Below are positions 54,402-63,180 of a stretch of 64,000 nt of DNA, piece after piece (position 1 is the first letter of the stretch; each line of letters begins with the position of its first letter). Source of the DNA: Minisyncoccota bacterium (GTDB lineage Bacteria > Patescibacteriota > Minisyncoccia > UBA6257 > 2-01-FULL-56-20). The notes beneath the pieces are model-generated. The model searched no databases. It saw only the letters and a list, made by a program, of their open reading frames with translations, and had not been told where the DNA came from. The DNA lies in the NCBI GenBank assembly GCA_035541435.1, contig DATKNL010000002.1, positions 67,962-131,961 on the forward strand, given 5' to 3'. The translations under genes were made by a program, and so were the position numbers.

Positions 54402-55349
54402 TCAATCGCCGTATCCGATCTTTTTCCCGTTCTTCTCGTAACCGATCTTCACGAGTCCGCCGTTCCAATAGTGCAGGTCGGTGGCTTTCAGAAATTTCTC
54501 ACCACATTCGCCGAGGGTAACGTCCCACTCCTTCAGCGCCCTTTGCTTCGGCGCAGGGTCGTGATGCGTGAGGAGCCCGATCGAACGCCAATACATCCTC
54601 CGCTCCTGCCGCCGCGGCCCGAATAGGCCAAGGATGGCGCGACGAGCGTGATGCACTGGTTCGCGCTCAACGAGGCGGTAGACGTGCTCGAGGGCAGCCG
54701 CACGGATCAGGTTTTCGCTCGGCAGCGTCACGGCCTTCACGACGGCCTGCTTGAACCGGAGCGCGAACACCCGTTCGAGATAGATCATCCTGTCCTCATA
54801 CCAGAACGCTTCCGCATGCTCGTCAAAAAATTCCCGGTAGCGGATCGGGAACAGTCCGAACCGCATCGCCCATTTCACGTCGACGACGAAGAAGTCGAGC
54901 GACATGCCGATCTTGAACATGTTGCCCTCGAGCTTCGTCCCCCACGCGCACACCGCAAGCGGCTTCTTCTCGTTCCGCATGCCTGTTATGATTTTTTCGA
55001 CATAGTTCGGCTTGACGCACCACGTGTCCGATGCGAGCACGACGACGTAATCGATGTGAGGATGTTTCGTCGCGAAGCGTTCCAGTCCGGCGTTGAGCAG
55101 GAGTTCCGCGCCGCCGAAGTGGCCGGGGTTTTCGAGCCGCAGCAGGTCGTCCTCGAGATAGCGCTCGGGCCACCACGAGGCTTCGCCGTTGAACGCGTGG
55201 ACGACGGTCGCTTCGCGCAGAAGTTCGGACTTCCCCCAGACGTTGCGGATGATCTCAAGGTTCACCCGCGCGTCGTCGACGCGGTTGTGCGTATAGATGA
55301 GGACGCCGACATTGCTCGTGGCCGTGTCGCGTCCGGTGTTTCCGTCCAT
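54402..55349 (-). CDS. Putative GT-A-fold glycosyltransferase-like protein
   Basis: VGVLIYTHNR start, ENPGH.GG, YVVVLASDTW; ATG 55349 lies 6 nt after TATAGT. Confidence 0.55.
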   Translation of the reverse strand: MDGNTGRDTATSNVGVLIYTHNRVDDARVNLEIIRNVWGKSELLREATVVHAFNGEASWWPERYLEDDLLRLENPGHFGGAELLLNAGLERFATKHPHIDYVVVLASDTWCVKPNYVEKIITGMRNEKKPLAVCAWGTKLEGNMFKIGMSLDFFVVDVKWAMRFGLFPIRYREFFDEHAEAFWYEDRMIYLERVFALRFKQAVVKAVTLPSENLIRAAALEHVYRLVEREPVHHARRAILGLFGPRRQERRMYWRSIGLLTHHDPAPKQRALKEWDVTLGECGEKFLKATDLHYWNGGLVKIGYEKNGKKIGYGD

Positions 55350-55395
55350 GCACTCACTATAACAAAACGATTCCCGTCCGCCTCCCGCCAAGAAC

Positions 55396-55424
55396 GCAAA
55401 AACCCCGCAGAGCGGGGTTTTTGC
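55396..55424 (-). terminator. Intrinsic (bidirectional-type) terminator
   Basis: GCAAAAACCCCGC-aga-GCGGGGTTTTTGC. Confidence 0.8.
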
Positions 55425-55514
55425 TTGGTGCCATCGTGGCTCGCGCTTCGCGGAACCGGTTGGCTTCCGTGCACGGGGCGATGCGCCTGCTGCAGCAGTC
55501 GCATGCGCTGGCCG

Positions 55515-58412
55515 TTACGGAAGCGGCGGAACCGCGAGGTTGAGCGCCGGGCACTCGATCAGGTTGATCCACCGCTGGGTCGTCTTATAGACGTAGTCCG
55601 TCGGTGTGAATTCCGTCTCGAGGCCGTAGGGCAGCCAGGGGCGAAGCACCTCGATGTGGTACTTCACCTGGAACTGGTCGACGGCTGCGATCGTGTCCGA
55701 ACCGTAATACCCGGTGACCGGAAGGCCGATGCCGAGGTTCTGGTTCAGGAAGAGTTGCAGCTTGCGGACTTCGGCGGGATCGTTCAGATCCTTGCGGATC
55801 GGATGGATGTACTGCGTGAGATAGATGCCGCAGCTTTCGCCGAGGACCTGGCCGGTCGTACTCGTGCTCGTGCCGAGCACCTGTCCGCCGCCACCGCCAC
55901 CGCCGTTGCCGCCGCCTCCACCTCCGCCTCCGCCACCTCCGCCGCCGGTGCCGCCCGCGACCGTGATGGTCGAGGACGCCGTGTTGTTGCCGACGTTCGG
56001 GTCAAGGACCCTGTTCGATTCGCCGACATGCGCGACGTTCGTGATCGCCTGTCCCGCGGTCCCCTGGTTGACCGTCGCCGTGATGACGAGGGTCACCTGG
56101 TGGCCGCTCGCGAGGTCGCCGATCGCCCACGCGCCCGTCGAGGTCGCGTACGTCCCCTGCGACGTGGTCGCCGAGACGAGCGTGAGCCCCGCGGGAAGCG
56201 TGTCGGTCGCGACTGCGCCGAACGATTCCGAAGGACCGAGGCCGGACACGGTCACCGTATAATGGATCGTCGATCCCTCATTCGGTGTCGCGTTGTCCAC
56301 GGATTTCGCGATGCCGATTTCGGCCGTGGGGATTCCTCCCCCGCCGCCACCGCCACCGCCTCCCCCGCCGCCGCCTCCACCACCGCCACCTCCGCCTCCG
56401 CCGCCATTCGTCTGAATGACGATCGAAACCGACGAGGTGTTGTTGCTCATGTTGGCGTCGGTCGAGCTGGACGACTCGCCGATCGTGGCGACGTTCGTGA
56501 TCGTCTGTCCCGCCGTCCCGGCATTGACCGTCGCCGTGATGACGAGGGTCGCCGTCGCGTTCGCGGGCATGTCGCCCACGACCCACGCGCCCGTCGAGGT
56601 CGCGTACGTCCCCTGCGACGTGGTCGCCGAGACGAACGTGAGCCCTGCGGGAAGCGTGTCGGTCGCGACGACCCCGGTCGAGGTCGCGGGACCGAGCGCC
56701 GAAGCGGCGAGCGTGAAGTTCACGGTGTCGCCCTCTTTCGGATTGCCGTTGTCGACGGTCTTCATGATCGCGATGTCGGCAGTCGTGGTCGGCGTTCCGC
56801 CGCCACCCCCGCCGCCCCCGCCACCGCCGCCGTTATTCGACTGCACGGCGAGGGTCGCGCTTGCGCTGTCGTTCGCGCCGTTCGAATCGTGCACGCCCGA
56901 GCCCTGCGAGACGGTCGCGGTGTTCACGATCGTCTGGCCCGCCGTCCCCGACGCCACGGTAGCCGTGATCGTGAGGGTGAGGCTGGAGCTCGGCGTGAGC
57001 GTCCCGATCGTCCAGAGGCCGGTCGAGCTCGCGAACGAGCCGCCGGTCGCGCTGGCCGAGACGAAGTCGAGCCCTGCGGGGAGCGTGTCGCTTGCGACGA
57101 CGCCCGGCGCGTTGCTCGGACCCGCGTTCGAGACGGTCACCGCGTAATGCACGGTGTCGCCCTCCTTCGGGTTCGCGTTGTCGACGGACTTCGCCACCGC
57201 GAGGTCGTCGGTCTGCTGGCCGACGGCCGGGTTCACGCTGATCGTCACGCTCGCGCTATCGTTGCCGATCGTCGCGGTGTTCGTGATCTGCATGCCCGAC
57301 TCGTTTCCGTTGATCTTCGCCGTGATGACGAGGTCGGCCGTCGCGCCCGAGGCGATGTCGCCGATCGTCCACGCGCCCGTCGAGGAGGCATAGCTGCCTT
57401 CCGACGAGCTGGCGCTGACGAACGTGAGGCCCGCGGGCATGACGTCGGTTGCCACGACGCTTGTCGCGTCGACGGCAGCCGTGTCGGTCACCGTGACCGT
57501 GTAATGGATCACGTCGCCCGCGAACGGGGTGCCGTTGTCGACGGTCTTCGTGAGCGTGAAGCTCGGCGTGGTCGAGGTCGACGTTCCGCCGCCCCCGCCT
57601 CCGCCGTTGCCGCCGCTCCCCGATCCGCAGCCTGCGCTCGCGGAGCCGGAGCCGCTCGAGCTTGCGCTCGAACTGGCGCTCGAACCCGTTCCCGACGACG
57701 AGCTGGTGCTCGTCGTGTTCGAGCTCGATGAGCTCGACGCGGTACTGGTGCACGAACCCGAGCCGGAGCTCGAGGACGACGAGGACGATCCGGAACCGGA
57801 ACCCGATCCCGAACCTGAGCTCGTCGAGCTCGAATTGCCGCCGTTGCCCGTCGTTCCCGTCGTGCTGCCCGAACCCGAACCGCTTGACGCGGTCGAGCTT
57901 GCGCTCGAACCCGAGGTTGAACCCGAGGACGAGGAGCTCGACGCGTTGCCATCCGTTCCGGACGCGCTTGCGGTGCTCGAGCTGTTCCCCGAAGCCGACC
58001 CGGAGGTCGTGCTCGAGGCGCTGCCGTTTCCGGCTGAGCTCGAGGTGCTCGAGGAATTCGAGGCGCTCGCGGTGCCCGACGTCGATGACGCCGATGTGCC
58101 GCTCGGGCCCGAAGAGCTCGACGCGGTGCTCGAAGCGCTCGCGCTCGAACTCGAACCGGAGCTCGAGCTTGAGGACGAGGTGGAACTCGTGTTCCCGCCC
58201 GTGCCCGAACTCGATGCCGCGCTCGAACCGTTATCCGATGTCAAGCTCGTCGCCGAACCCGCCACGGTCTGGCTCACAGCCTGGTCCGTAACGCCTGCCG
58301 CGCGCGCGACTGAAAGGTGACCGGCAACGGTGACTGCGGCGAACGCCCCCATGAGGAAGACTCCCTCGATGACGGCGATGCCGATAAGCAATTTCTTTAT
58401 TGCCTGTATCAT
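55515..58412 (-). CDS. Large surface protein: Ser/Gly-rich stalk, four DUF11 Ig-like repeats with poly-Gly linkers, C-terminal peptidoglycan-binding-like domain
   Basis: Signal/TM; repeats K.VDN..P..GD...YTVTV...D.LPAGL.FVSA; C-terminal EVRKLQLFLN...VTGYYG.DT.AAV..FQ. Confidence 0.88.
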   Translation of the reverse strand: MIQAIKKLLIGIAVIEGVFLMGAFAAVTVAGHLSVARAAGVTDQAVSQTVAGSATSLTSDNGSSAASSSGTGGNTSSTSSSSSSSGSSSSASASSTASSSSGPSGTSASSTSGTASASNSSSTSSSAGNGSASSTTSGSASGNSSSTASASGTDGNASSSSSSGSTSGSSASSTASSGSGSGSTTGTTGNGGNSSSTSSGSGSGSGSGSSSSSSSSGSGSCTSTASSSSSSNTTSTSSSSGTGSSASSSASSSGSGSASAGCGSGSGGNGGGGGGGTSTSTTPSFTLTKTVDNGTPFAGDVIHYTVTVTDTAAVDATSVVATDVMPAGLTFVSASSSEGSYASSTGAWTIGDIASGATADLVITAKINGNESGMQITNTATIGNDSASVTISVNPAVGQQTDDLAVAKSVDNANPKEGDTVHYAVTVSNAGPSNAPGVVASDTLPAGLDFVSASATGGSFASSTGLWTIGTLTPSSSLTLTITATVASGTAGQTIVNTATVSQGSGVHDSNGANDSASATLAVQSNNGGGGGGGGGGGGTPTTTADIAIMKTVDNGNPKEGDTVNFTLAASALGPATSTGVVATDTLPAGLTFVSATTSQGTYATSTGAWVVGDMPANATATLVITATVNAGTAGQTITNVATIGESSSSTDANMSNNTSSVSIVIQTNGGGGGGGGGGGGGGGGGGGGGGGGIPTAEIGIAKSVDNATPNEGSTIHYTVTVSGLGPSESFGAVATDTLPAGLTLVSATTSQGTYATSTGAWAIGDLASGHQVTLVITATVNQGTAGQAITNVAHVGESNRVLDPNVGNNTASSTITVAGGTGGGGGGGGGGGGGNGGGGGGGQVLGTSTSTTGQVLGESCGIYLTQYIHPIRKDLNDPAEVRKLQLFLNQNLGIGLPVTGYYGSDTIAAVDQFQVKYHIEVLRPWLPYGLETEFTPTDYVYKTTQRWINLIECPALNLAVPPLP

Positions 58413-58743
58413 TTCAATCTTATTGGTTTTTTTGCGACTCTTTCACAAACAAAATTTAGGTGTAAAAGGGCCACAAAAAAAGAATTGGTAAGGTGCTAAA
58501 AACTTAACGCTACTGGACGCATTTTTACCACATATGCGGCAATTGCGCAAGGGTTCCTTGTGGGACGAGCGTGCGTTTTCCGCATGTTTGCCGCGCCGAA
58601 GGGAGCATGCCGTCCACCGCCTGCAGATACCTACGGAATGATTGCCATCCTCGTTTCCCGCGACCTCGACGCCTTCCCGCAACCCGTTTGCTCCGCAAGA
58701 AGGATTAGCGTAGGATAGGAAGGTTCTCGGCATTCGTCGCCGC

Positions 58744-58814
58744 GCGGGTATGGTTCAGTGGCAGAACGCGACCTTCCCAAGGTTGAGATACGGGTTCGAT
58801 TCCCGTTACCCGCT
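58744..58814 (+). tRNA. tRNA-Gly (CCC)
   Basis: GCGGGTATGGTTCAGTGGCAGAACGCGACCTTCCCAAGGTTGAGATACGGGTTCGATTCCCGTTACCCGCT; no encoded CCA. Confidence 0.95.
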
Positions 58815-58815
58815 C

Positions 58816-58860
58816 ATATAAAAAAGAGGAACCTCGGAAAGAGGTTCCTCTTTTTTATAT
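58816..58860 (+). terminator. Perfect 20-bp hairpin / terminator after tRNA-Gly
   Basis: ATATAAAAAAGAGGAACCTC-ggaaa-GAGGTTCCTCTTTTTTATAT. Confidence 0.85.
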
Positions 58861-58867
58861 TCAGTTG

Positions 58868-59016
58868 GCGACGGGAATCGAACGAGCGGAGGGGGTCGGG
58901 GAACCGCGGCCGGTTCCCCGTGTCGGAGGGCCGCCGTCTTCGGCGGCAGTGCGGCACCGAGGGTGCCGCAGGCGCAGCGAGGCCGGAGGCCGAGCGAGCA
59001 GTGAGATTCCCGCCGC
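58868..59016 (+). repeat. Structured non-coding element downstream of tRNA-Gly
   Basis: ACGGGAATCGAAC (58871-58883) is the exact reverse complement of tRNA 58794-58806; three perfect internal hairpins; closed by GATTCCCGCCGC at 59005-59016. Confidence 0.8.
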
Positions 59017-59021
59017 ATCGC

Positions 59022-59050
59022 TTGACCGACCAACGGTCAGATACTATGAT
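59022..59050 (+). promoter_or_regulatory. sigma70 promoter with overlapping palindrome
   Basis: TTGACC-17-TATGAT; TGACCG-N5-CGGTCA at 59023-59039. Confidence 0.55.
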
Positions 59051-59077
59051 ATTCGCGGCATTGCGGGAGGATATCGC

Positions 59078-59431
59078 ATGTATCATTGGATGATCGTCTG
59101 CCTGGGGGTATCCAATATCTCTCTCGATCACGCGATGCGAGAGTCCCTTATGGCCGCAGTGGAAGAAATGGCATTATCTTCCAAAACCCAACACTCTTTC
59201 AAAAGCGATACGGGAGAAGGCCAGGTCCGCAAGGTGAGCGACTTCGTATCATTCTTCGGCGAAGGCGGCCCGTGCTTCGCGGCTGAAGTCGACACTGATC
59301 GCGGGACCGGAAAAGCATCCTTCATCGTGCCCCAACGATATATCGACGCTGTTGCTGCGGGAGCTAAGTTCGATGGCGGGTTTTCGCTCGAACTTGATCC
59401 CAAGCAATCCAGACGGGCACAGTGGAATTAA
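59078..59431 (+). CDS. Hypothetical protein
   Basis: MYHWMIVCL start with GGGAGG SD; 117 aa; terminator follows. Confidence 0.65.
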   Translation: MYHWMIVCLGVSNISLDHAMRESLMAAVEEMALSSKTQHSFKSDTGEGQVRKVSDFVSFFGEGGPCFAAEVDTDRGTGKASFIVPQRYIDAVAAGAKFDGGFSLELDPKQSRRAQWN

Positions 59432-59474
59432 CAGAATCGTTTTCCGGACGAGATCGTGACGGGAATCTTCCAAT

Positions 59475-59505
59475 AAGCCGCGACGGAGATGTCGCGGCTT
59501 TTTTT
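59475..59505 (+). terminator. Intrinsic terminator
   Basis: AAGCCGCGAC-ggagat-GTCGCGGCTT followed by Ts. Confidence 0.8.
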
Positions 59506-59526
59506 ATCAAAAGCGCCGATCCGACA

Positions 59527-62500
59527 TCATCGATTCAGCACCCTTACCACCCCCTCGTTTGCGTCAACCTCAATCCAGTCGCCGTCATTTATCACGTCGG
59601 TAGCTATTCTGGTGCCGATAACGCAAGGCTTCTTAAACTCCCTCGCAATAATGGCGGCGTGACTCGTGACTCCGCCTTCGTCGGTGACGAAAGCGGCCGA
59701 TCTTTTCATCGCCGGCAGATAGTCGGGCATCGTCATGGGACTAATCAGGATCTCGCCCTCTTTCAAGGTCGGCACATCCTTAAGGCTCATGATTTTTCTT
59801 GCAATGCCGCGAACTTTACCCCGGTGAGCGGATTGGCCCGAAAACTCCTTGATAGCGTCAGGCGCCTCAGAAACAATGGCGATATTAAATTTTTCTTCCA
59901 TTTCCCTAACACCCGCACCGACGAATAATGTTGCATCCGCAAAGGAATAGCTCTTCGTCCTGGCCTTCAATTCCCTCAATGAGGGCAGCTCCTTGGAATT
60001 GATTTCTTCGATGGTCAAAGCCGCCGAGAGCTTGCCTAGTTTTGGGAATATTTTAAGCAGTGAATTTCTTATCACGATGTCGCCATTCGGCACCATCGTT
60101 TCAGTGGAAACCCTAGCCCTTTTAACAATACGAAACGCTTTGCTGGTCGAACTTGCCATTTCCATCGTCCACCATACCGATTCGAACCAGGCCCACGCAT
60201 CCTCCAGATGAGCCATGAAGCTGACCAGCGTCTTATGGTTCAGCGTTCTTTTCCCTTTCCAAATTGGCTCGATATCCTTCGCCCTTTTATAAAATTCTCT
60301 TACGCATTTCTCGACGAACTTTTTATCCCTTTTCATGGACCTTCTCAGTTCGCCTTTTATCCAATCGATCCCTGCCTCATCGAGATAATCAGTAACCAGG
60401 CCATTCTCTCTGACGAAGATTTGATAAGGCAGCCTTGGATTGGTTCTGGCCGTCCATTGCCTTGGATTGGTAGTTTCAGCTCGGCACCACATCTGAATGA
60501 TCGGCAGGCAAAAATCTCGGACATAGGATTTGACATAGGTGCCTCTGATTTTCTTGCCCGATCCCGAGACGCTCGATCCCGCTATCCTTCTAACCCTTCC
60601 CTTGTCTGCATCGACCTCCACCATGTCGCCGTCCTTAAAGAATTCTGTCGCTATCTTCGTTCCGATGATGCAGGGTTTTCTAAGTTCCCTGGCAACGATT
60701 CCAGCGTGACACGTTATTCCACCTTCATCCGTGACAAAAGCCAGCGCCTTCTTCATAGCCGGCAAGAAGTCCGGCGTAGTCATAGGAGATACGATCACGT
60801 CGCCTTCTTTGACTTCCCCAACCTGATCCCGTCGCCGGAGTATCTTCACGCGGCCAACCACTCTGCCTTTTTGGGCTATTTCTCCGGCAATGACATTAGG
60901 ATCATTGATAGCGATGGATTCCTTTTCAAATGAGAATTGAGGATTTACATTTTCAAAGTCAGACAAGGTGCCAATAAAATGGTTTTTACCCTGAACAATA
61001 AGCGAGTGCCGCTTGCGGTCCTTCAGTGTCCTGTTGGCAGGAATCTTCCTAAGTTCGCTGATAAAAATCGCGGTTTCATAATGTTTTGCCCGCGGATATA
61101 AAGCGGAGATGCTGTCCATTATTACGATGTCATTTCGCGCAAAGAACTCATCCTTATTGCGCATCGCAAGAGCCTTTTTTCTGATGGGTTTTGGCGTTTT
61201 GTCGTCAACGGCGGAATAGTAATAAGCAATGAAGTAAGGGATTGCTTCCTTGGAAAGCTCAATGAGTTTAATGAGCTTACTCATCGGAAGCGGCGCCATC
61301 TTCCACAGTTCATGAATCGCATCGAGCCTGATTCTATATTCCCCGAGGATCTTGTCGATAAATTTCGGATTTCTTCTGTTTTCCTTCAAAATGGCATTTT
61401 CCAACCATTCGGTGGCTTTTACGTTCTCCCAAATTTCGATGCTTCCCTGATTCATGTAATGGATAATCCCAGGCAGATAAGGGTTCTTCCAACCAAATTC
61501 TCCTTCGACACCGTCAGAACATCCGAATGCCCATATCTCCTGCATGATATAGGTGGTATCACGGGTATATATCTTTTTGAACTTTATAGGATCGTCTTTT
61601 TCCTTCTTTGGCCAAGACAACGTCGTAATGGGCCGCGACTGCACGATATAAAATTTTCCCTTTTCCAAGGCCCATTCAATATCACACGGAAAACCATATT
61701 GGTCTTCGATGCGAAGAATCAATTTCGACAACTCGAGGATTTGCTTGTCGGGAAGAGCTTGCTTACCTGCTTTCGATTTGGAAATATCTTTCCACTCGTT
61801 TTCGCCCCTCGGCAAACGATAGAGTCCTCTGCCTTTTTTCGGGATTATCCGCTCAATAATTTTTCTTGGTTCTTTTTCGATTACATAGCTATCAGGAGTG
61901 ACTTGGCCGGAAACGATTGCTTCGCCCAACCCATAGCTTGCCTCGATGATAAGCTGGTTGCGATCCTGCGTTACTGGATGGACCGAAAAGGCGACGCCCG
62001 AAACCTCGCTCTCGACCATCTTTTGAACGACCACGGCGACGGAAATTTTTTCGGCGCGAAGCCCCTTCTCGAAGCGGTAGAAAATGGCGCGGGGCGTAAA
62101 GAGTGACGCCCAGCAGCGTTTCACATTTTCTAAAAGATTGCCTCCAGTGGTATTTAAAAAGCTATCCAGCTGCCCCGCCCACGCCGCCGATGAGCCGTCC
62201 TCGGCCGTTGCGCTGGAACGCACCGCGACGAATTTAGCTCCCAATTTCTTGAAGTTTCTTTTGATCTCCATGGCGACGTCCTCTGGCATTTCAGTGCCGA
62301 TAATGATCGCCCTGATTTCCTCGGATGCCCGCTCGACGCTGGCCGTGTTTCGATGCTTTATCTTATGCAAAATGGCATCTATGTCAGCTGCAATCCCCTG
62401 CTCTTCAATGAACTTTTCGAAGGCTGTCGAAAGAATGACGAAACCGGACGGAACCGGAAGGCCCGCTTGCGTCATTTCCCCAAGTGACGCTCCCTTGCCA

Positions 62501-62556
62501 CCAGCAAGCGCGACATCCTTTTTGCTCAACCCTTCAAAGTCCCGCGAGAATTCCAT
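59527..62556 (-). CDS. PEP-synthase/rifampin-phosphotransferase-like dikinase with two phosphohistidine swivel domains
   Basis: GGKGASLGEM, AVRSSATAED, DIEWA, QSRPITT (ATP-grasp); TDEGGITCHAGIVARE and TDEGGVTSHAAIIARE; no C-terminal TIM barrel. Confidence 0.88.
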   Translation of the reverse strand: MEFSRDFEGLSKKDVALAGGKGASLGEMTQAGLPVPSGFVILSTAFEKFIEEQGIAADIDAILHKIKHRNTASVERASEEIRAIIIGTEMPEDVAMEIKRNFKKLGAKFVAVRSSATAEDGSSAAWAGQLDSFLNTTGGNLLENVKRCWASLFTPRAIFYRFEKGLRAEKISVAVVVQKMVESEVSGVAFSVHPVTQDRNQLIIEASYGLGEAIVSGQVTPDSYVIEKEPRKIIERIIPKKGRGLYRLPRGENEWKDISKSKAGKQALPDKQILELSKLILRIEDQYGFPCDIEWALEKGKFYIVQSRPITTLSWPKKEKDDPIKFKKIYTRDTTYIMQEIWAFGCSDGVEGEFGWKNPYLPGIIHYMNQGSIEIWENVKATEWLENAILKENRRNPKFIDKILGEYRIRLDAIHELWKMAPLPMSKLIKLIELSKEAIPYFIAYYYSAVDDKTPKPIRKKALAMRNKDEFFARNDIVIMDSISALYPRAKHYETAIFISELRKIPANRTLKDRKRHSLIVQGKNHFIGTLSDFENVNPQFSFEKESIAINDPNVIAGEIAQKGRVVGRVKILRRRDQVGEVKEGDVIVSPMTTPDFLPAMKKALAFVTDEGGITCHAGIVARELRKPCIIGTKIATEFFKDGDMVEVDADKGRVRRIAGSSVSGSGKKIRGTYVKSYVRDFCLPIIQMWCRAETTNPRQWTARTNPRLPYQIFVRENGLVTDYLDEAGIDWIKGELRRSMKRDKKFVEKCVREFYKRAKDIEPIWKGKRTLNHKTLVSFMAHLEDAWAWFESVWWTMEMASSTSKAFRIVKRARVSTETMVPNGDIVIRNSLLKIFPKLGKLSAALTIEEINSKELPSLRELKARTKSYSFADATLFVGAGVREMEEKFNIAIVSEAPDAIKEFSGQSAHRGKVRGIARKIMSLKDVPTLKEGEILISPMTMPDYLPAMKRSAAFVTDEGGVTSHAAIIAREFKKPCVIGTRIATDVINDGDWIEVDANEGVVRVLNR

Positions 62557-62625
62557 GTTGAACTTATCTTAGGCCATCCTTGGTGATTTTCCAAAACTCC
62601 GGCTTCGAAGGCCGCGGCGTGATCA

Positions 62626-62657
62626 AATTAAAAGCACCTCCCCTTGGGAAGGTGCTT
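62626..62657 (-). terminator. Intrinsic terminator
   Basis: AAGCACCTCCCC/GGGAAGGTGCTT near-perfect stem with a T-rich tail on the minus strand. Confidence 0.6.
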
Positions 62658-62664
62658 CGTCCGT

Positions 62665-63180
62665 TCAATCGGCATCGGCAGTCGTCTTCATCATCCCCAA
62701 CCGGATGATTTCATTACTGCCGGAGTCGACAGGCGGAAAACCGATCAGTTCCTCGCCGCGCTGATGCGCCGCAACGGCGCCCGCGTGAATCGCCCGGAGC
62801 GTGTCCCGCGCCCATCCTTCAGGCACAAACATGTCCTCGAGCGGCTGCTTGAGCTCCTCGCCGAACGAGAAAACCCACGGCGGCTCGCCGCGGCCGCCCG
62901 GCTGATGGTACGGCACGTCGACGCCATACAGTCCGTCGCCGAAGGAATACCTGAAGACCTTTTTGCGCGGCGGCGCCTCGGTTCTGTTGATCGTCCGGTT
63001 GTACCGTGCGAGCGCTGCGAAGTGCTGAACAAGCGCAGCGAGCGTCGGCCTATAGCTGAGCCTCCTGAACAGGGCCACGCCAAGGGCCACTTCGCGGACT
63101 TCGGTCAGCTTGCACCAATACCAACGGTTCAAGGATGGAAGCCAATAGGTTACGGGTCGAACCACGATGGGATCGTCCAT
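62665..63180 (-). CDS. Hypothetical protein
   Basis: 171 aa ORF with GAGGAGG SD and a downstream terminator. Confidence 0.65.
   Translation of the reverse strand: MDDPIVVRPVTYWLPSLNRWYWCKLTEVREVALGVALFRRLSYRPTLAALVQHFAALARYNRTINRTEAPPRKKVFRYSFGDGLYGVDVPYHQPGGRGEPPWVFSFGEELKQPLEDMFVPEGWARDTLRAIHAGAVAAHQRGEELIGFPPVDSGSNEIIRLGMMKTTADAD

Noticed and set aside
54648-57731. 1027-aa plus-strand ORF, and similar long Arg/Ala-rich ORFs such as 915-2396, 4449-5957, 17137-18780, 47973-49781 and 52032-54383
   Set aside because: Antisense shadows of real genes caused by high-GC codon bias; no recognisable motifs.
57529-58320. Glu/Leu/Pro-rich repetitive ORF
   Set aside because: It is the reverse-strand reading of the Ser/Gly-rich stalk of the surface protein.
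58868-59016. An additional tRNA or intron-containing tRNA on the opposite strand
   Set aside because: Only the T-loop and 3' T-stem strand are present; no D-arm, anticodon arm or acceptor pairing can be built.
59527-62556. Canonical ppsA annotation
   Set aside because: The C-terminal PEP/pyruvate-binding TIM barrel is absent and the domain order differs.
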